Below, piece after piece: positions 49,991 to 63,475 of a DNA stretch of 64,000 nt. Under the pieces are notes generated by a model. That model had not been told where the DNA came from. It saw only the letters and a list, made by a program, of their open reading frames with translations, and did not search any database. A program made the position numbers and the translations under genes. This stretch comes from Podarcis gaigeae (lineage: Eukaryota): NCBI GenBank assembly GCA_964106915.2, contig OZ066931.1; one strand, 5' to 3'. Numbering within the stretch: the stretch's first letter is position 1; the number at the start of each line of letters is the position of its first letter.

Positions 49991-52266
49991 CTACAGAAAG
50001 GAGAATTACAAGTTTGAACAGTTTGCATGGTTTATACCCGCCATTTTGTTTATTATATAGCACCCCAAAGGCTCATGGTGTTTTGCCAATATAAGCAGAA
50101 AGGCAGTTCCCTGCTCTGGAAACCTGCAACAGACCAGAAGACAACACTGGATAGTGGAACTGGAAGAACTCTGCTGGGTCAAGCAGGTGCATGGATCTGA
50201 AGCTACATTCTGCCAAGTCAAACTATGGGTTTAATCTTGCCCAGCGTGCCACAACCTGGTAACCCTCCAGATGTTTTGGACTCCAACTCCCATCAGCCCC
50301 TGCCAGAACTATTTTCTATTTTTCAGCAGTGGAATCCTAACCTAACCAAGATTTATCGAGACTAATTCTACAGGGATTGTTTTTAAGCCAATGATTTTAT
50401 TTATTAAAGTTTCTATAATATTTTTTGACCCAAAAAGGATGGAATCCTCTGCTGTTGTTTTCCTGGGGAATACTCATCAGTGCCCTTAGAAAGCCTGAAA
50501 GTTATGTGTGGTATTCACCAGTGATATTTATTTTGAAATATTGAAGAGAGACAAATAATGGAATTCACTATTGATTCTCCAGTAGTAAATACCCAACAAT
50601 CTTCCAATTTCCAACCCACTCCACGCTAACTGATTTAGAATTCTTTTCCAGCAGAAATAAATAAATCTTAAGGTACAGCAAAGAACAGAAATTTAGCCGA
50701 GGTAATGAAATGACAGTCAGCAGGGCAACACAATGGTAACATATTTAGGGTATCTTTACACCTTAAAATATAACACTGACCAGGGTGCAAACTTACCCCC
50801 AACGAGAAAAAACAATTGTTTTATGGGGTAGATTGTAAGTGGGTATTTATTTTGCTCAGAAAAAAAATAGTTAACAGTAATTCATGTTCCTTTGGGAACA
50901 TCACACACAGAGTACCAGTGGCAACGTCCTGAAATGGCAAATCAATTGTTATCTCCAGAAGAAAGGAGAAGGCTTAGTATATGCAGCAAGATATTACATT
51001 TATATATACCCCATCCCATCTCTTGCAGAATGAAGCGGGTCAGTTCACTATTTTGTCACCTAATTCTGAATACAACCTTTAGCATTTCCCCCAAGCCCCA
51101 TGCACACCAACAATGAAGTGGAATGATGTACAACTGGAGTATTCATTCACATTACTGTATTCCCCTACCAGTTTCAGTTTTCCTAACCTCCTTCTGTTGC
51201 TTCCCTTTTCTCTATTTCTAAAGTGTAAGCACCACTGGGCAGGGACCTTCACTTTCACTGTTTATACAATATTGTAATAATAGTATAATAATTAAAAGGC
51301 ATCTTTTGGAGTGCAAAGGAAGTTGGTAGAGGGCTTTATCAGCATGTAAAAAAAAAAAGACTTTCCTTTTCTCAAAGCAAAATACTCTATCCAGATAATC
51401 TGGCAGCTCAGCCTGGCTTTTAAGATTTGGCAAAGCAAATGAAATACACAAAGTTCTCTCTCCTACATGGCAGGATAAAATACAAGCCTAATTCTCTTAA
51501 TGGACACTAAAATACAGCTTTCCAACCCTTCCAGTCTAGTTTTTTTGTCAACTGAAGACTGCATTTCTCAATGTACCACAGGTTATAACCAAGCCTTTTA
51601 AAAAAAACTGCCACGGTTCTAACCAAAATAATAATAATAAATAGTGCTGAATCTAGACAGAAAGGCAAATCCTGTCCCTCATGTGTTGACTGATAGCAGA
51701 TGGCTGAAAGCCTTTAACAATAAGTCAAAAGTTCTGAGCGCATATTTTAGGGATGAAATGGGAGTCAGCTGCTGTACAGAACAGCATATATGGAAAGAGG
51801 CAAAATGGTTACATAAAAAGTGAAACCCCTTTAATTTTTACATTTCCTTTGTAGCTGGGATTAAATAGTTAGCAATCTGATAATCAGCATGCATGAAAGT
51901 AATAGTCACAGCAGTTATACAGCATATTAATACTGCATTTTAAACAAGTATTTTCCTCAGAATTATAACTTCCAGACTGCAGTGCATGGCAGAGAAGTGG
52001 CCTGTGGCATTTCTGTCCAATTTTCAATTCTGCAAAAATTGATAACATTCTGCAATTATGTCAATTTAAAAATCATTATCCTTTCCTTAAAATTTGTTTG
52101 CGGTACCAAATGTTGGTGCTACCACATTCAAACTGACAAACTATTTATCCACAGGTGAGATTAAATTCTACAGAAGACTGGAGAAAAGATGGACTTCCCC
52201 ATCTGCTTATTGCAACTCGTCTATTAAAAGGGTAACACAGAGGCTGAACAACTTTTAAAAACTAAC

Positions 52267-52438
52267 CTCTAATGCTTTGCTGAGAGTTTCTTCCTTGTTT
52301 TCACACTCGTTTTCCAGCATATCTTCATATATGTCCACCAAAAAGGCAATCAGGTAGGGGGAACTATGACTTGGCTGCAATTCCAGTAGCTGTCCTAAGA
52401 GGTTTGGATGTTTCGAAAGGCCACGATCCTGCAGGATC
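52267..52438 (-). CDS. FNTA: FNTA coding exon 8 (172 nt)
   Basis: tttcag| acceptor and |GTTAGT donor; encodes [57 protein letters not shown]. Confidence 0.97.
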
Positions 52439-52654
52439 CTGAAATAAAATGCAGCTGTAAACGCCACACTTCATTTGCATGCGGTCACCACACCATTTGC
52501 TGTATATTTACAAATCTGATGCTTCCTACAGAACGTGGAAAACTCCTATGGCCTATATAAAGTGATAAGCAAGCAAGCAACTACAAATAGTGTCAGGTAT
52601 CATTAACCTGCAAGCCATCTCAACCAGTATCATGAATCAGTGCCAGTATTCAGA

Positions 52655-53005
52655 GGGACGTGGGTGGCGCTGTAGGTTAAACCACAGAGCCTAGGACTTG
52701 CTGATCAGAAGGTTGGCGGTTCAAATCCCCGCGACGGGATGAGCTCCCGTTGCTCGGTCCCTGCTCCTGCCAACCTAGCAGTTCAAAAGCACAGCAAAGT
52801 GCAAGTAGATAAATAGGTACCACTCCGGCGGGAAGGTAAACGGCATTTCCATGCACTGCTCTGGTTTGCCAGAAGTGGCTTAGTCATGCTGGCCACATGA
52901 CCCGGAAGCTGTACGCCGGCTCCCTCGGCCAATAAAGCGAATTGAGCGCCGCAACCCCAGAGTTGGTCACAGCTGGACCTAATGGTAAGGAGTCCTTTTA
53001 CCTTT
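52655..53005 (+). mobile_element. Sauria SINE (subfamily 1)
   Basis: GGGACGTGGGTGGCGCTG head, ACCTTT tail, TSD tattcaga at 52647-52654 and 53005-53012. Confidence 0.9.
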
Positions 53006-53759
53006 ATTCAGAGGACAAGCGGCAAGATCCCCCCTGCCCCTGAAATATGGCAATGAGCTAAGTGCAAGAGGGAACGTGCACAGCTGAGAAAGTCCTGGAA
53101 AATGAAACAAGGTCCAGGAAAGCACTTCAACAGACCAAGCAGGATTCAGCAATTTGCTCAGCACTAAAGTCTGCACTATGGCTGGAGAACCTGTGGCTCC
53201 ACAGACATTGCTGGACCCTACCTCCCATCATCTCAGACCACAGGTTATACTGGCTGGGGTTGGGAGACCTGGAGTCCAACAACATCTGGAACTCCATGGC
53301 GTGTGCAATCCGACTGGCATCCTCCCAGATGTCATCTGGGCACCAGGTACAACTTGAATTCAACAAGGCAGAAGGAGAACCTGCTCAGCTGACGCTGACA
53401 CAAAACCCCACACATACACTATATGTATAACAGAATATAAGTTTCGCCACCCCACCCCTCCTCTCCTCCCTCTCTTCTTCCCCAACCTTAGACTGTACAC
53501 AACGCTAATGTCTCAAAACAAATCTGTCTCAAAACTGATCTGCAGAAAACACTTTACAACCTGCAAAAAGAGACATTGCATGTACTTTTGTAAACCAAGA
53601 AAATATTTAATAAAAATTATTTAAAAAGACAACAACAAAACCCAAGGCTATGGGCTCTTTTGGACCTGTGGTTCCTGGTTTTGTTCTATTTTTTGTAGCC
53701 TTAAAAAAGAAGATTATGCTGACTGCAAACCACTTTGCTCTATGCAATAAAATGGCTTA

Positions 53760-54122
53760 AGGTAAAGGTAAAGGTACCCCTGCCCGTACAGGGCAGTCTT
53801 GCCAGACTCTAGGGTTGTGCGCCCATCTCACTCAAGAGGCCGGGGGCCAGCGCTGTCCTGAGACACTTCCGGGTCACGTGGCCAGCGTGACATTGCTGCT
53901 CTGGCGAGCCAGAGCCGCACACGGAAACGCCGTTTACCTTCCCGCTTGTAAGCGGTCCCTATTTTATCTACTTGCACCCAGGGGTGCTTTCGAACTGCTA
54001 GGTTGGCAGGCGCTGGGACCGAACGACGGGAGCGCACCCCGCCGCAGGGGTTCGAACCGCCGACCTTTCGATCGGCAAGCCCTAGGCGCTGAGGCTTTTA
54101 CCCACAGCGCCACCTGCGTCCC
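53760..54122 (-). mobile_element. Sauria SINE (subfamily 2), young
   Basis: Full length, CpG-rich, (ACCTTT)n tail; 14-bp TSD aataaaatggctta at 53746-53759 and 54124-54137. Confidence 0.92.
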
Positions 54123-55080
54123 TAATAAAATGGCTTACACCAATATAAATATGTTTATGTAAGCCGTTTACATTATGTAAGACACCCACCCACCATGTAC
54201 AGGATATGCAACAACAACAGTTCTTTACAACCTCTATCCCTGAATGCTAGGGGCAGCTTGAAAAATTACATGATTTTAATTTTTTAAAAAAACAAAACAA
54301 AACCCTGAAGACAACCACATCCTCACCAGAATGTGCTTCCTCTACAATGTGACTCTTATGGCCATGTGTCACCTGACATTTTCTTTTCGGATCTTAAACA
54401 CAAAGCCTCCAGAGCTGGGTAGTGACAGTCCTTTTCTGGTACCTAAAGCTGATCAGTATCACTCTGCACATGCATCAGCCCCTGAAGCACTTGGAGAACT
54501 TCCACCCCACTAGCAAACCTGCATGGAGGACACAGCCCTTCTGCAAGCCATTTTGTGTCTGCATTCTGCGCCGTTTTGCAACTCAGTCATCCTCTACTTG
54601 TGTTACAGTTTGCTACCCTTGCCAAAACCGGGAGCATAAAATCATTTGGAGTAACTCCTTCTTAGAGCCTCTGGAATTACAAAATATCTGGAATTACAAA
54701 ATATCCAGGGCTCCATGTACACTGTGCTAAAAATATGGAAGTTACGCAATCAAAAACAAATTAAAAAAAGCATAGGTTCTGCATCTTATAACAAGTAGGC
54801 AGACAATAGATTTACGTTTTCTGTCTGCTTTTGGACAATTTCTTTCTGGTTTTGCTAGTCATGGGAGCAAAGGAAATGCACTTAGAGCTCCACTACCAAC
54901 TGTAGGAAATCGTATTTCACAACTGCATTGGCTGCAATAGGCACCGCCCACGTACATTCACAAATACCTCTGCAGTGAAAGGCTGGAAACTTGTTTTAAA
55001 AATGAAAGCAACATTTTTCAGGAAGCTGAACCCCGGGCCTGCTATTAGTACAGCAAGCCAGTGTGGCATAATGGTTAGAG

Positions 55081-55295
55081 CATGGGTAGGCAAACTAAGG
55101 CCCAAAGGCTGGATCCGGCCCATCAGCATGTTTTCACAATAGTAGAATGTGTCCTTTTATTTAAAATGCATCTCTGGGTTATTTGTGGGGCATATAATTC
55201 TTTCATTTTTATTTTCAAAATATAGTCCGCCGTCCGCCCCCAAGGTCTGAGGGACAGTGGACCGGCTCTCTGCTGAAAAAGTTTGCTAACCCCTG
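55081..55295. mobile_element. hAT MITE with perfect 8-bp TSD
   Basis: TSD ggttagag at 55073-55080 and 55296-55303; same family as 29425-29664. Confidence 0.9.
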
Positions 55296-55435
55296 GGTTA
55301 GAGTGCTGAACTCACTGGGTGAGCTTGGGCCAGTCACCATCTCTTAGCCTAACATACAGGATTGTTGTGAGGATGAAATGGGGAAGAAGAGAACCATGAA
55401 CACCACCTTGAGATCTTTGGAAGATAAAGGTGGTA

Positions 55436-55740
55436 AAAAGGTAAAGGGACCCCTGACCATTAGGTCCAGTCGTGACCGACTCTGGGGTTGCGGCGCTCAT
55501 CTCGCTTTATTGGCCGAGGGAGCCGGCGTACAGCTTCCGGGTCATGTGGCCAGCATAACTAAGCTGCTTCTGGCGAACCAGAGCAGCGCACAGAAACGCC
55601 GTTTACCTTCCCGCCGGAGCGGTACCTATTTATCTACTTGCACTTTGACGTGCTTTCGAACTGCTAGGTTGGCAGGAGCAGACCTTCTGATTGGCAAGTC
55701 CTAGGCCCTGTGGTTTAACCCACAGTGCCACCCGCGTCCC
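55436..55740 (-). mobile_element. Sauria SINE (subfamily 1, internally deleted)
   Basis: TSD taaaggtggta at 55425-55435 and 55742-55752. Confidence 0.88.
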
Positions 55741-55834
55741 TTAAAGGTGGTATATAAATGTAATAAATAAAATAACAAATACTAGCATATTCTGCCCTTC
55801 AGAATAGCCAATGCCGCTAACAAATTTATCTCAC

Positions 55835-55897
55835 CCTTTCAAATAGTTCCAAGCACTTTCATTATGGGGCACCATCTTGATCATTTCTAGGGTAAAC
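55835..55897 (-). CDS. FNTA: FNTA coding exon 7 (63 nt)
   Basis: ttcag| acceptor and |GTGAGA donor; encodes FTLEMIKMVPHNESAWNYLKG. Confidence 0.97.
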
Positions 55898-55949
55898 CTG
55901 AAAAAAGAAAATCATAGTATTTGAAAAAGAAGAGTGGAAATATGGAGTC

Positions 55950-56513
55950 ATACTGACCCAGAAACTCCAGCGGGTGCAGAATGCTGCGGCAAGACTCCTT
56001 ATGGGGTCTTAGCTGCGAGATCATATTCATCCGGTACTATACCAGCTGCACTGGCTCCCGGTGGAGTACAGGATCAGGTTTAAGGCGCTGGTTTTAACCT
56101 TTAAAGCCCTATAGGGCCTAGGACCCTCGTACCTATGGGATCGCCTCTCCTGGTATGTCCCACAGAGAAATTTACGGTCTGCAGATAAAAACATCCTAAA
56201 GATCCCACACCACAGAGAGGTTAGGCTGGCCTCAACTGGAGCCAGGGCTTTCTCGGCCGCGGCTCCAATCTGGTGGAACGCTCTGTCACAAGAGACTAGG
56301 GCCCTGCGGGACCTGACATCTTTCTGCAGGGCCTGCAAGACAGAGCTGTTCCACCAGGCCTTTGGTCAGAGCGCAGCCTGACCCCCTCCTCTGGCAATCT
56401 GCACAGAATTTTGCTTGATGGTTGCCATTAATTTGCTTTTAATTTGCTTTTAATTAATTTTATAATGAATGTTTTTAGAATGTTGGACTATTTGGATTGT
56501 TGTTAGCCGCCCT
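55950..56513 (+). mobile_element. L2-like LINE 3' fragment (older minus-strand relative near 61060-61320)
   Basis: Encodes QKLQRVQNAAARLL...HIHPVLYQLHWLPVEYRIRFK.LVLTFKAL, a typical L2 ORF2 C-terminus. Confidence 0.85.
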
Positions 56514-57016
56514 GACATGACTAGCAGACTCATTAATTTCAGTGAGTCTACTCTAAGTAAGACTTAGCTGAACACAACTAAAAATGTCTTCTCTCCAATA
56601 AACAAATTTCCTACCAAGGAAAAGATGTTCTACAGATTCTTTTTTTAAAAAGAAAGAAAAATAGTGGGGAATCTCTCAAGATAATACGATAGAAAGATTT
56701 ATTCACAAGGCAAAAATAATCCAAGGGCATGAGTTTTGATGTCCTTAGCTCAGCTGTCACCAACTTGATGCCTTCCAAAAATTGAGGACTACAACTCTCA
56801 AACTCTGCTGTGCTGGTTGGGGATGATGGGAATTGTAGTCCCAAACATCCGGAGGCATCCTGTTTGGCAGAGGCTCCCTTATCTAATGGTAAAACCCAAT
56901 AGACTAAAACAAAGAAAAACCATGCAAGGATATATAAGCAAGCATCTCTGATGTATCCCTCTGCCTGTGACAAGTGTAAATGGCCTCAAATGAAGTTGAG
57001 TGTTTATTTTACTTAC

Positions 57017-57165
57017 TGGACTTCTCTCTCTAAAACAGCAGGATCGTTATAACCAGTTGTGTTTGAAATGACAAAGTATCTTTGGTTCCAGACAGAATTG
57101 TTTCTGACATCATCTTTCAGGAGCTGTTCCACGTACTCCAGTTCATCATCCCACAGTTTAAATTC
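57017..57165 (-). CDS. FNTA: FNTA coding exon 6 (149 nt)
   Basis: tttag| acceptor and |GTAAGT donor; encodes [49 protein letters not shown]. Confidence 0.97.
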
Positions 57166-57859
57166 CTAAAAGCACAACAATAAAGGAGAAATGCTAGAAG
57201 AAGGAAGTACATTTGGGAAATAGCCTCATTTCCACATATAGCCGCAACTGAAGCAATGCTAGATTTTAAGAGTTAGGCAGCAAAAGATTCAGGATGAATA
57301 GAACAATAAAAACAAGACAGTTTTTAGCAAGCCAAGATGCCCATGAGAAAAAGCAACGATAGAGCCACGGTATAGCATCTTGAATACCATACACAGGAGA
57401 ATGTCATGAGAGTCATGTCGTGAGAATACCATTAATCATGATATTAATTACTTATAATCAGAGTTGGAAGGGACCCCAAGGGTTATCTAGTCCAACCCCC
57501 TGCAATGCAACCTTGATTAATCATTTCAAAGCAGTAATAACCTGTATACACAAACGACAGTTCCCAACATTCTGTCACACTCTAGTATGACCAAGAAACT
57601 GAACCCAAAATTTGGGGCACCTTTTTGCTTCCTTAGCAGTTTGGTCAATGGTTGCCATTCATTCCCAGGGTTAGGAGGTTCGGAAATAAAAGTGACGCAA
57701 ATGGGAACAACATTGCAGAGGGGGCAAAACCTGCCTTCTACCCACCATAGTGATCAGTGAAGGGATTCCACTCCCAGTGGCATTCCCCAGGGCTCCTTGC
57801 AATGTACAAGTTCCCCGCCCCAAATCTCAGTGGACATTTTGCTACTAAGAGCAACATCA

Positions 57860-58015
<156 letters not shown>

Positions 58016-58037
58016 TTAAACAAAACTAAAAAAAAAA

Positions 58038-58377
58038 TGCGGGTGGCGCTGTGGTCTAAACCACAGAGCCTAGGGCTTGCTGATCAGAAGGTCGGCGGTT
58101 CGAATCCCCGTGACGGGGTGAGCTCCCGTTGCTCAGTCCCTGCTCCTGCCAACCTAGAAGTTCAAAAACATGTCAAAGTGCAAGTAGATAAACAGGTACC
58201 GCTCCGGCGGGAAGGTAAACGGCATTTCCATGCGCTGCTCTGGTTTACCAGAAGCGGCTTAGTCATGCTGGCCACATGACCTGGAAGCTGTATGCTGGTT
58301 CCCTCAGCCAATAAAGCGAGAGGAGAACCACAACCCCAGAATTGTTCGCGACTGGACCTAAGGTCAGGGGTCCCTTT
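58038..58377 (+). mobile_element. Sauria SINE (subfamily 1)
   Basis: High similarity to 52655-53005; starts about 45 bp from the FNTA exon 5 acceptor. Confidence 0.88.
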
Positions 58378-59741
58378 AGCATTTTTTTTAAATACCCAGC
58401 ATCCCTTCGGTGCCTGTTTACTGTTTAGCCGTATTTTATTGAAATGCAGTCCTGCCAAGAGTGATGGATAATTGGCATTTGCACTTGAAAACAAAAACGT
58501 TGAATGGAACGGTAACTGAATGAGTGGCACATCGTCATATTTGGTTGTTTCTGATCTTGTAGTGCGAGACAGCTCATTAAAGGCCACAATGTTCTATCAC
58601 ACCGCTCGGCAACTCTCCCGCTGAAAGTGCAAGTTGGACCCACTGACAAACATTGTGTTTTGAGTTTATACGAGGCAGAAAGAAAGCTGTCCTTGCAGCA
58701 ATTAATCCGCTTAGCTTATTCATATGCACAATTTCATCATTTGATGCCACAAGCCAGCATGCAAGTGACGTACGTGTCTGAATTTGCCACGTTTTCTGTG
58801 CAGAGTATTAATAGTCATTAATCAGATGGGGCACAGAGTCCCACCCACCCAGTCTTAGCATGGCATCTCAGGAAAACCAACAGACTCTTGCCTCCTGCTA
58901 GCAAAAGGATTTTCAGGCACTTTACAAGAGCCACATGGCACTGCCCTGCTATGTCAAGTACCGGAAGATGCTGTTGCTCCAACAGCCTGCCATATTCAAG
59001 CCAAGGGCAAATAAAGAGGGACAAAGGCAGCCATGAAAACAGCCATCAGCCTAGTTATCTATGGTGAGCGCAAACTGCACAAAGGTGACCAGACAGGGAA
59101 GTTTACAAAGGTAATGTTATTTGTTATGCTATGAAGAACTAGTAAGTAGGCTTTTGACCATTTTCATAGACTAGTAATTCTTGATGGACCTGGTAGCTTG
59201 GCTTCTAAGGACATTTTGCTCACCTTTTCAAAGCATTTATGTGGACGTCAAATTATTGTTGTTTCTCATTAAGAATGTTTATAAAGAATTTTGAATTTTA
59301 TATGATTATGAGTGTGTCCGTCCCTGTCCCCTCCCCCCACCCAGAAATCTTTTTGATTTGCTGCATTTGACCTTGTCATAATATATTAATATATACCACT
59401 GTAATTCTTCTCAAGTTATATACAGAAAATGGCCAATGAAATGTTGCTTTTGGGTCCCCCCCTTTCTTTCTGTTGCTGTTTGTGCATGTTTGCAAACACT
59501 CCTACTTTCTTCTCGTTTTTCTATAAGCATTTACAATACTGGCATTTCTGCAAAATGTATTATGTATGTCGTGTCATCATATAAACAAAACCCTCCTCAT
59601 CTTAAGCATTCTTGCCATGTACAATGGTCTCCATATAAGCATTCTGCACTTATAATTTACAAAAGACAGGCAAGACCAAGTAAGTGGGCATTTCCTTTCA
59701 AGGGAAATAACTTTCCTTATCAAAAAGGAGCCAGACATTAC

Positions 59742-59846
59742 CAGACTTGATAATTCTTTGGCTGATCTTCAATGATAGCTGTGATATAATTGAGTTCCTC
59801 GTGTAGATCTTTGTTCAGGGACTGCAGAAGAACCCTGCGGAAATGC
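59742..59846 (-). CDS. FNTA: FNTA coding exon 4 (105 nt)
   Basis: gcag| acceptor and |GTAATG donor; encodes [35 protein letters not shown] (PFTA repeat). Confidence 0.97.
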
Positions 59847-60479
59847 CTGCAGAAGGAAAAACAATAATCAGACAAGAAAAATATTCTTCAGCAAAATGCG
59901 AGACCCAAAGAAGAATACTCAAGAGGACCTGCTCCTTCAGGTGGCCTTGGGGCAGCCATTCAGAGATTTAAAAGTGAACACCACCACTTTTCATCGAGGC
60001 CAACAATCATTGGCTGTTGAAGGACAGATATTGCATAGTTCTCCCCCAGCTTCTTCCAGAAGAGAGTTTAGCCATTTCATTTTGGATCACCTGCAGTTTC
60101 CGGACATTTTTTTTTAAAAAAGAAGACAGCCAGACTCAGAGCTCATGACAGTAATCCAACCTCAACCTCGAGGTTACAATGCCATGCATTAATGGCAGTC
60201 ATGTCTCATGGTATACGAGTCTCACGTGAGCAATCATTTTCTGCAAGGAAAAAGTATACTCACTTATTTTGCAACAAGGCCTGGAGAGGTAGCATTTTAG
60301 CACAGTTTCACTGCTTAGTTAAAAATGCATTTTAATCAAGCTATTCAGATAAAAATTACCCAAATATTAGAGATTCCACACAAAAATAAAAGAAATTCAG
60401 ACTCAACTTCTGGTTTTCTTCATGTTTACTCAGCAATTCCCAATTAACAATAAATGACAGATTCATCATCACTACATAC

Positions 60480-60594
60480 CACACAGTGTAGTTCGCAGCA
60501 TTAAGATCAATGGCATCCCCCGTTAAGTTGAAAGCTCTTTCGCTCCTTTCATCACATTGCAGAACAGCCCGGAAGTAATCATATACATCTTTAA
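60480..60594 (-). CDS. FNTA: FNTA coding exon 3 (115 nt)
   Basis: ctctag| acceptor and |GTATGT donor; encodes [39 protein letters not shown]. Confidence 0.97.
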
Positions 60595-62267
60595 CTAGAG
60601 AGAGAGAGAAAAATCTCTTTATACCAAATCACTCTCTAGCCTTCCTTCATGGTCAGAAGAAGCCCAAATACCCATCTAGTCCACAATCCTGTTCTCACAG
60701 TGGCCAACCAGATGTCTATGGGAATCCCTCAAGCTGGCAATGAACACAACAACAGTCTTCCCCAGCGACTGGTGTTCAGAGGCATACCAGGGCCATTGCT
60801 GGAGGCAGTACACCAGCCATCATGACCATTAATTGTCTTATCCTCCTTGAAGGACAAAGATCTCATCTCTTCCCAAAGTTCTACTGCCAAAACCATTAAC
60901 ATCCCTCATGGCTCAGACCCTGGCCTCCCTAGACTGGCTCCCTATCCAGCATAAATGCCCCGTGGCCTTTAGAGCTCTCCACTGCTTTGCCCCACCCTCT
61001 CCCTGCCCTTATTACCTGCCATGTCCTTTCCTGTGATCTTCCCTTCTCCAACTCTTGGCACCCTAAGCCATTTTCAGTATAATGCAACACCTGTAACAGT
61101 ACCAGTTCCGCAGTTCGAAACAGCCAAGTGGGTCTATATGGGGTAATGCCATCTTGCAGGTAACCTGGTCCCAAGTTGTTAAGGGCTTTCTATAATAATA
61201 GTAACACTTTGAACTTGAACTTGGCCTGCTAGCAAACCAGCAAGCAGCACAGGTCTCCCAGCTCAGGTGCTATATGCTGACAGGATCTTGCTCTGCTGCA
61301 TTCTACACTAACTGCGGCTTCCAGATCAAGAGCAAGTGCCACACAGTCCACATTGCTTTCTTCATCAACTCTGCCTGTTTACCCTTATGCCTGGAACTCT
61401 TTCTCGGAAAACCAACACAGTTTGAGTCTCTCTCTCTTTGGTCACCTCCCAGCCTCTTCCTTTAAATCCATCTTCAAAATGGCTTTAACCTTTAATTACC
61501 ATTTTCAACTGAAGTTAACTTGTTAACGTTTGTCGTGCATTAACTTTGCCTCCCCTCCTCCTGCTTTGTTACTCCCATTGTTGACATTTGGATTGAAGAC
61601 TTGGAGGAGGAAGGAACCTGTCCTCTCTCTTTTTTTTTTTTTGGCTTATTGTGTTTTACTTACTTACTTAACAAAACTTATATACTGCTTGATTGTAAGA
61701 AAACCTCTAAGCAGCTTACAGAAATATTGTTTTAAACCCACCCCCACCCACTGAAGGTACAGTAATCTGGAAAATGCACCTAAAATGTAAATACCTTTTT
61801 GGTACTTTTGTGTATCAAACAGAGAAGTACCTAATGTAGCTTGCTTTTTCTTGCTGAAACAGCAGAATTAACTAGCATTAAAGCTACTCATTTATCTGTA
61901 TCTAGATTATCTACTAAAAACAACCTCTTTATCCATGGTATTTTCTTCTGAAGAAACCCAGGGCAATCAAGCATCAAATAAGCTTTAAATGTGTATCCCA
62001 GCTTCTCATATACATGAAGCTTTAATGATAGCTTTCTAATGTGGGTGGGGTTGTAAACAATCTACCTAAGTGCTAGTAGCAAGTGTAGTTCTAATCTCAC
62101 ACCCTCTTTCATGACCTGAATCATCCTAATTGCCTTACTCTGTCAGTTCTACTTCTGAATTCCCATAAAGACAATAGTAATGAAGAATGAATCACCTTTC
62201 AATGGCCACACTTCTAGTTAGATGGGCATACCGATTTTATTTTTTAACCGAAGAACTTGAAACTTAC

Positions 62268-62353
62268 ACTTTTCACTATATATGATCTGGACTACTGGAT
62301 TTGGCCCATCATCTTGAGGTACTGGCTCCACATCAGCCCATTCCTTCCTATCC
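62268..62353 (-). CDS. FNTA: FNTA coding exon 2 (86 nt)
   Basis: ttacag| acceptor and |GTAAGT donor; encodes [28 protein letters not shown]. Confidence 0.97.
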
Positions 62354-62847
62354 CTGTAAAAAATAATAATAATCATAATTTGACAACCAGGGGGAAAGTA
62401 TAAAATACTAGGACATATATAGTTCAGAGCTACTGCCTAAAGACCAAGGTTGGTTCGCACATGTGGGCAGCACTGCTTGATTCCTTTAGGCAATTTCTCC
62501 ACTGCCCTGCACCCCCATCCACAATGTCCCTATTTCCAACCACATGTTTCATGACATTATAAAAGTAATTCAGAGTGTCTCTCCATCTATGCTAAGCAGA
62601 GCGATCAGCCCCTCTCCGGGAATAAGGAAGCCCAGGAAAGTGGACAAGGCTATTTCCAAACAGACCTGGGCATCCTTCGTTTTAAAAACCCAAGCCTTGC
62701 TTAGGCGAATCTGTTTCATTCATTTATCTGGACATTTACACCCCAACTTGCTAAAAAACAACAACACCCAAACTCAAGAGACACATAAACCTAGCAATAA
62801 ACCAAACAGCAGGTTTGGGGCTTTGGGCTTTCATAAAAGAGGCATCT

Positions 62848-63241
62848 AGTGATCTAGCTGATTGCGGAAGAATTGATGCTTTTGAATGATGGTGCTGGAG
62901 GAGACTCTTGAGAGTCCCGTGGACTGCAAGAAGATCAAACCTATCCATTCTGAAGGAAATCAGCCCTGAGTGCTCACTGGAAGGACAGATCCTGAAGCTG
63001 AGGCTCCAATACTTTGGCCACCTCATGAGAAGAGAAGACTCCCTGGAAAAGACCCTGATGTTGGGGAAGATGGAGGGCACAAGGAGAAGGGGACGACAGA
63101 GGACGAGATGGTGGGACAGTGTTCTTGAAGCTACAAACATGAGTTTGACCAAACTGCGGGAGGCAGTGGGAGACAGGAGTGCCTGGCCTGCTCTGGTCAT
63201 GGGGTCACGAAGAGTCGGACACGACTAAACGACTAAACAAC
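62848..63241 (+). mobile_element. Bov-B (RTE) LINE 3' fragment, young, in FNTA intron 1
   Basis: Encodes RVPWTARRSNLSILKEISPECSLEGQILKLRLQYFGHLMRREDSLEKTLMLGK...; (CAA) tail; perfect 13-bp TSD aaaagaggcatct at 62835-62847 and 63242-63254. Confidence 0.95.
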
Positions 63242-63475
63242 AAAAGAGGCATCTCGAGGTTACAATCCTAAGCACGCTTACCTAGGGGTCGATGCCATTG
63301 GACTTCATGGGGCTTACTTATGAGTACGTAGACGTGCAAAGGACTGCGTTCCAAAACACACACACTCTCTCTCCATATATAATTAAGTTTTGGAGCGCAG
63401 TCCTTTGCACGTCTACTCATAAGTAAGCCCCATATATATATGTGTGTGTATATAAAACACGACATTCGCACATAC

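Larger units (their letters stand above)
55056..55775 (+). mobile_element. Squam3-like SINE carrying two nested insertions
   Basis: Head agccagtgtggcataatggttagag; body resumes at 55304; tail resumes at 55753. Confidence 0.75.
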
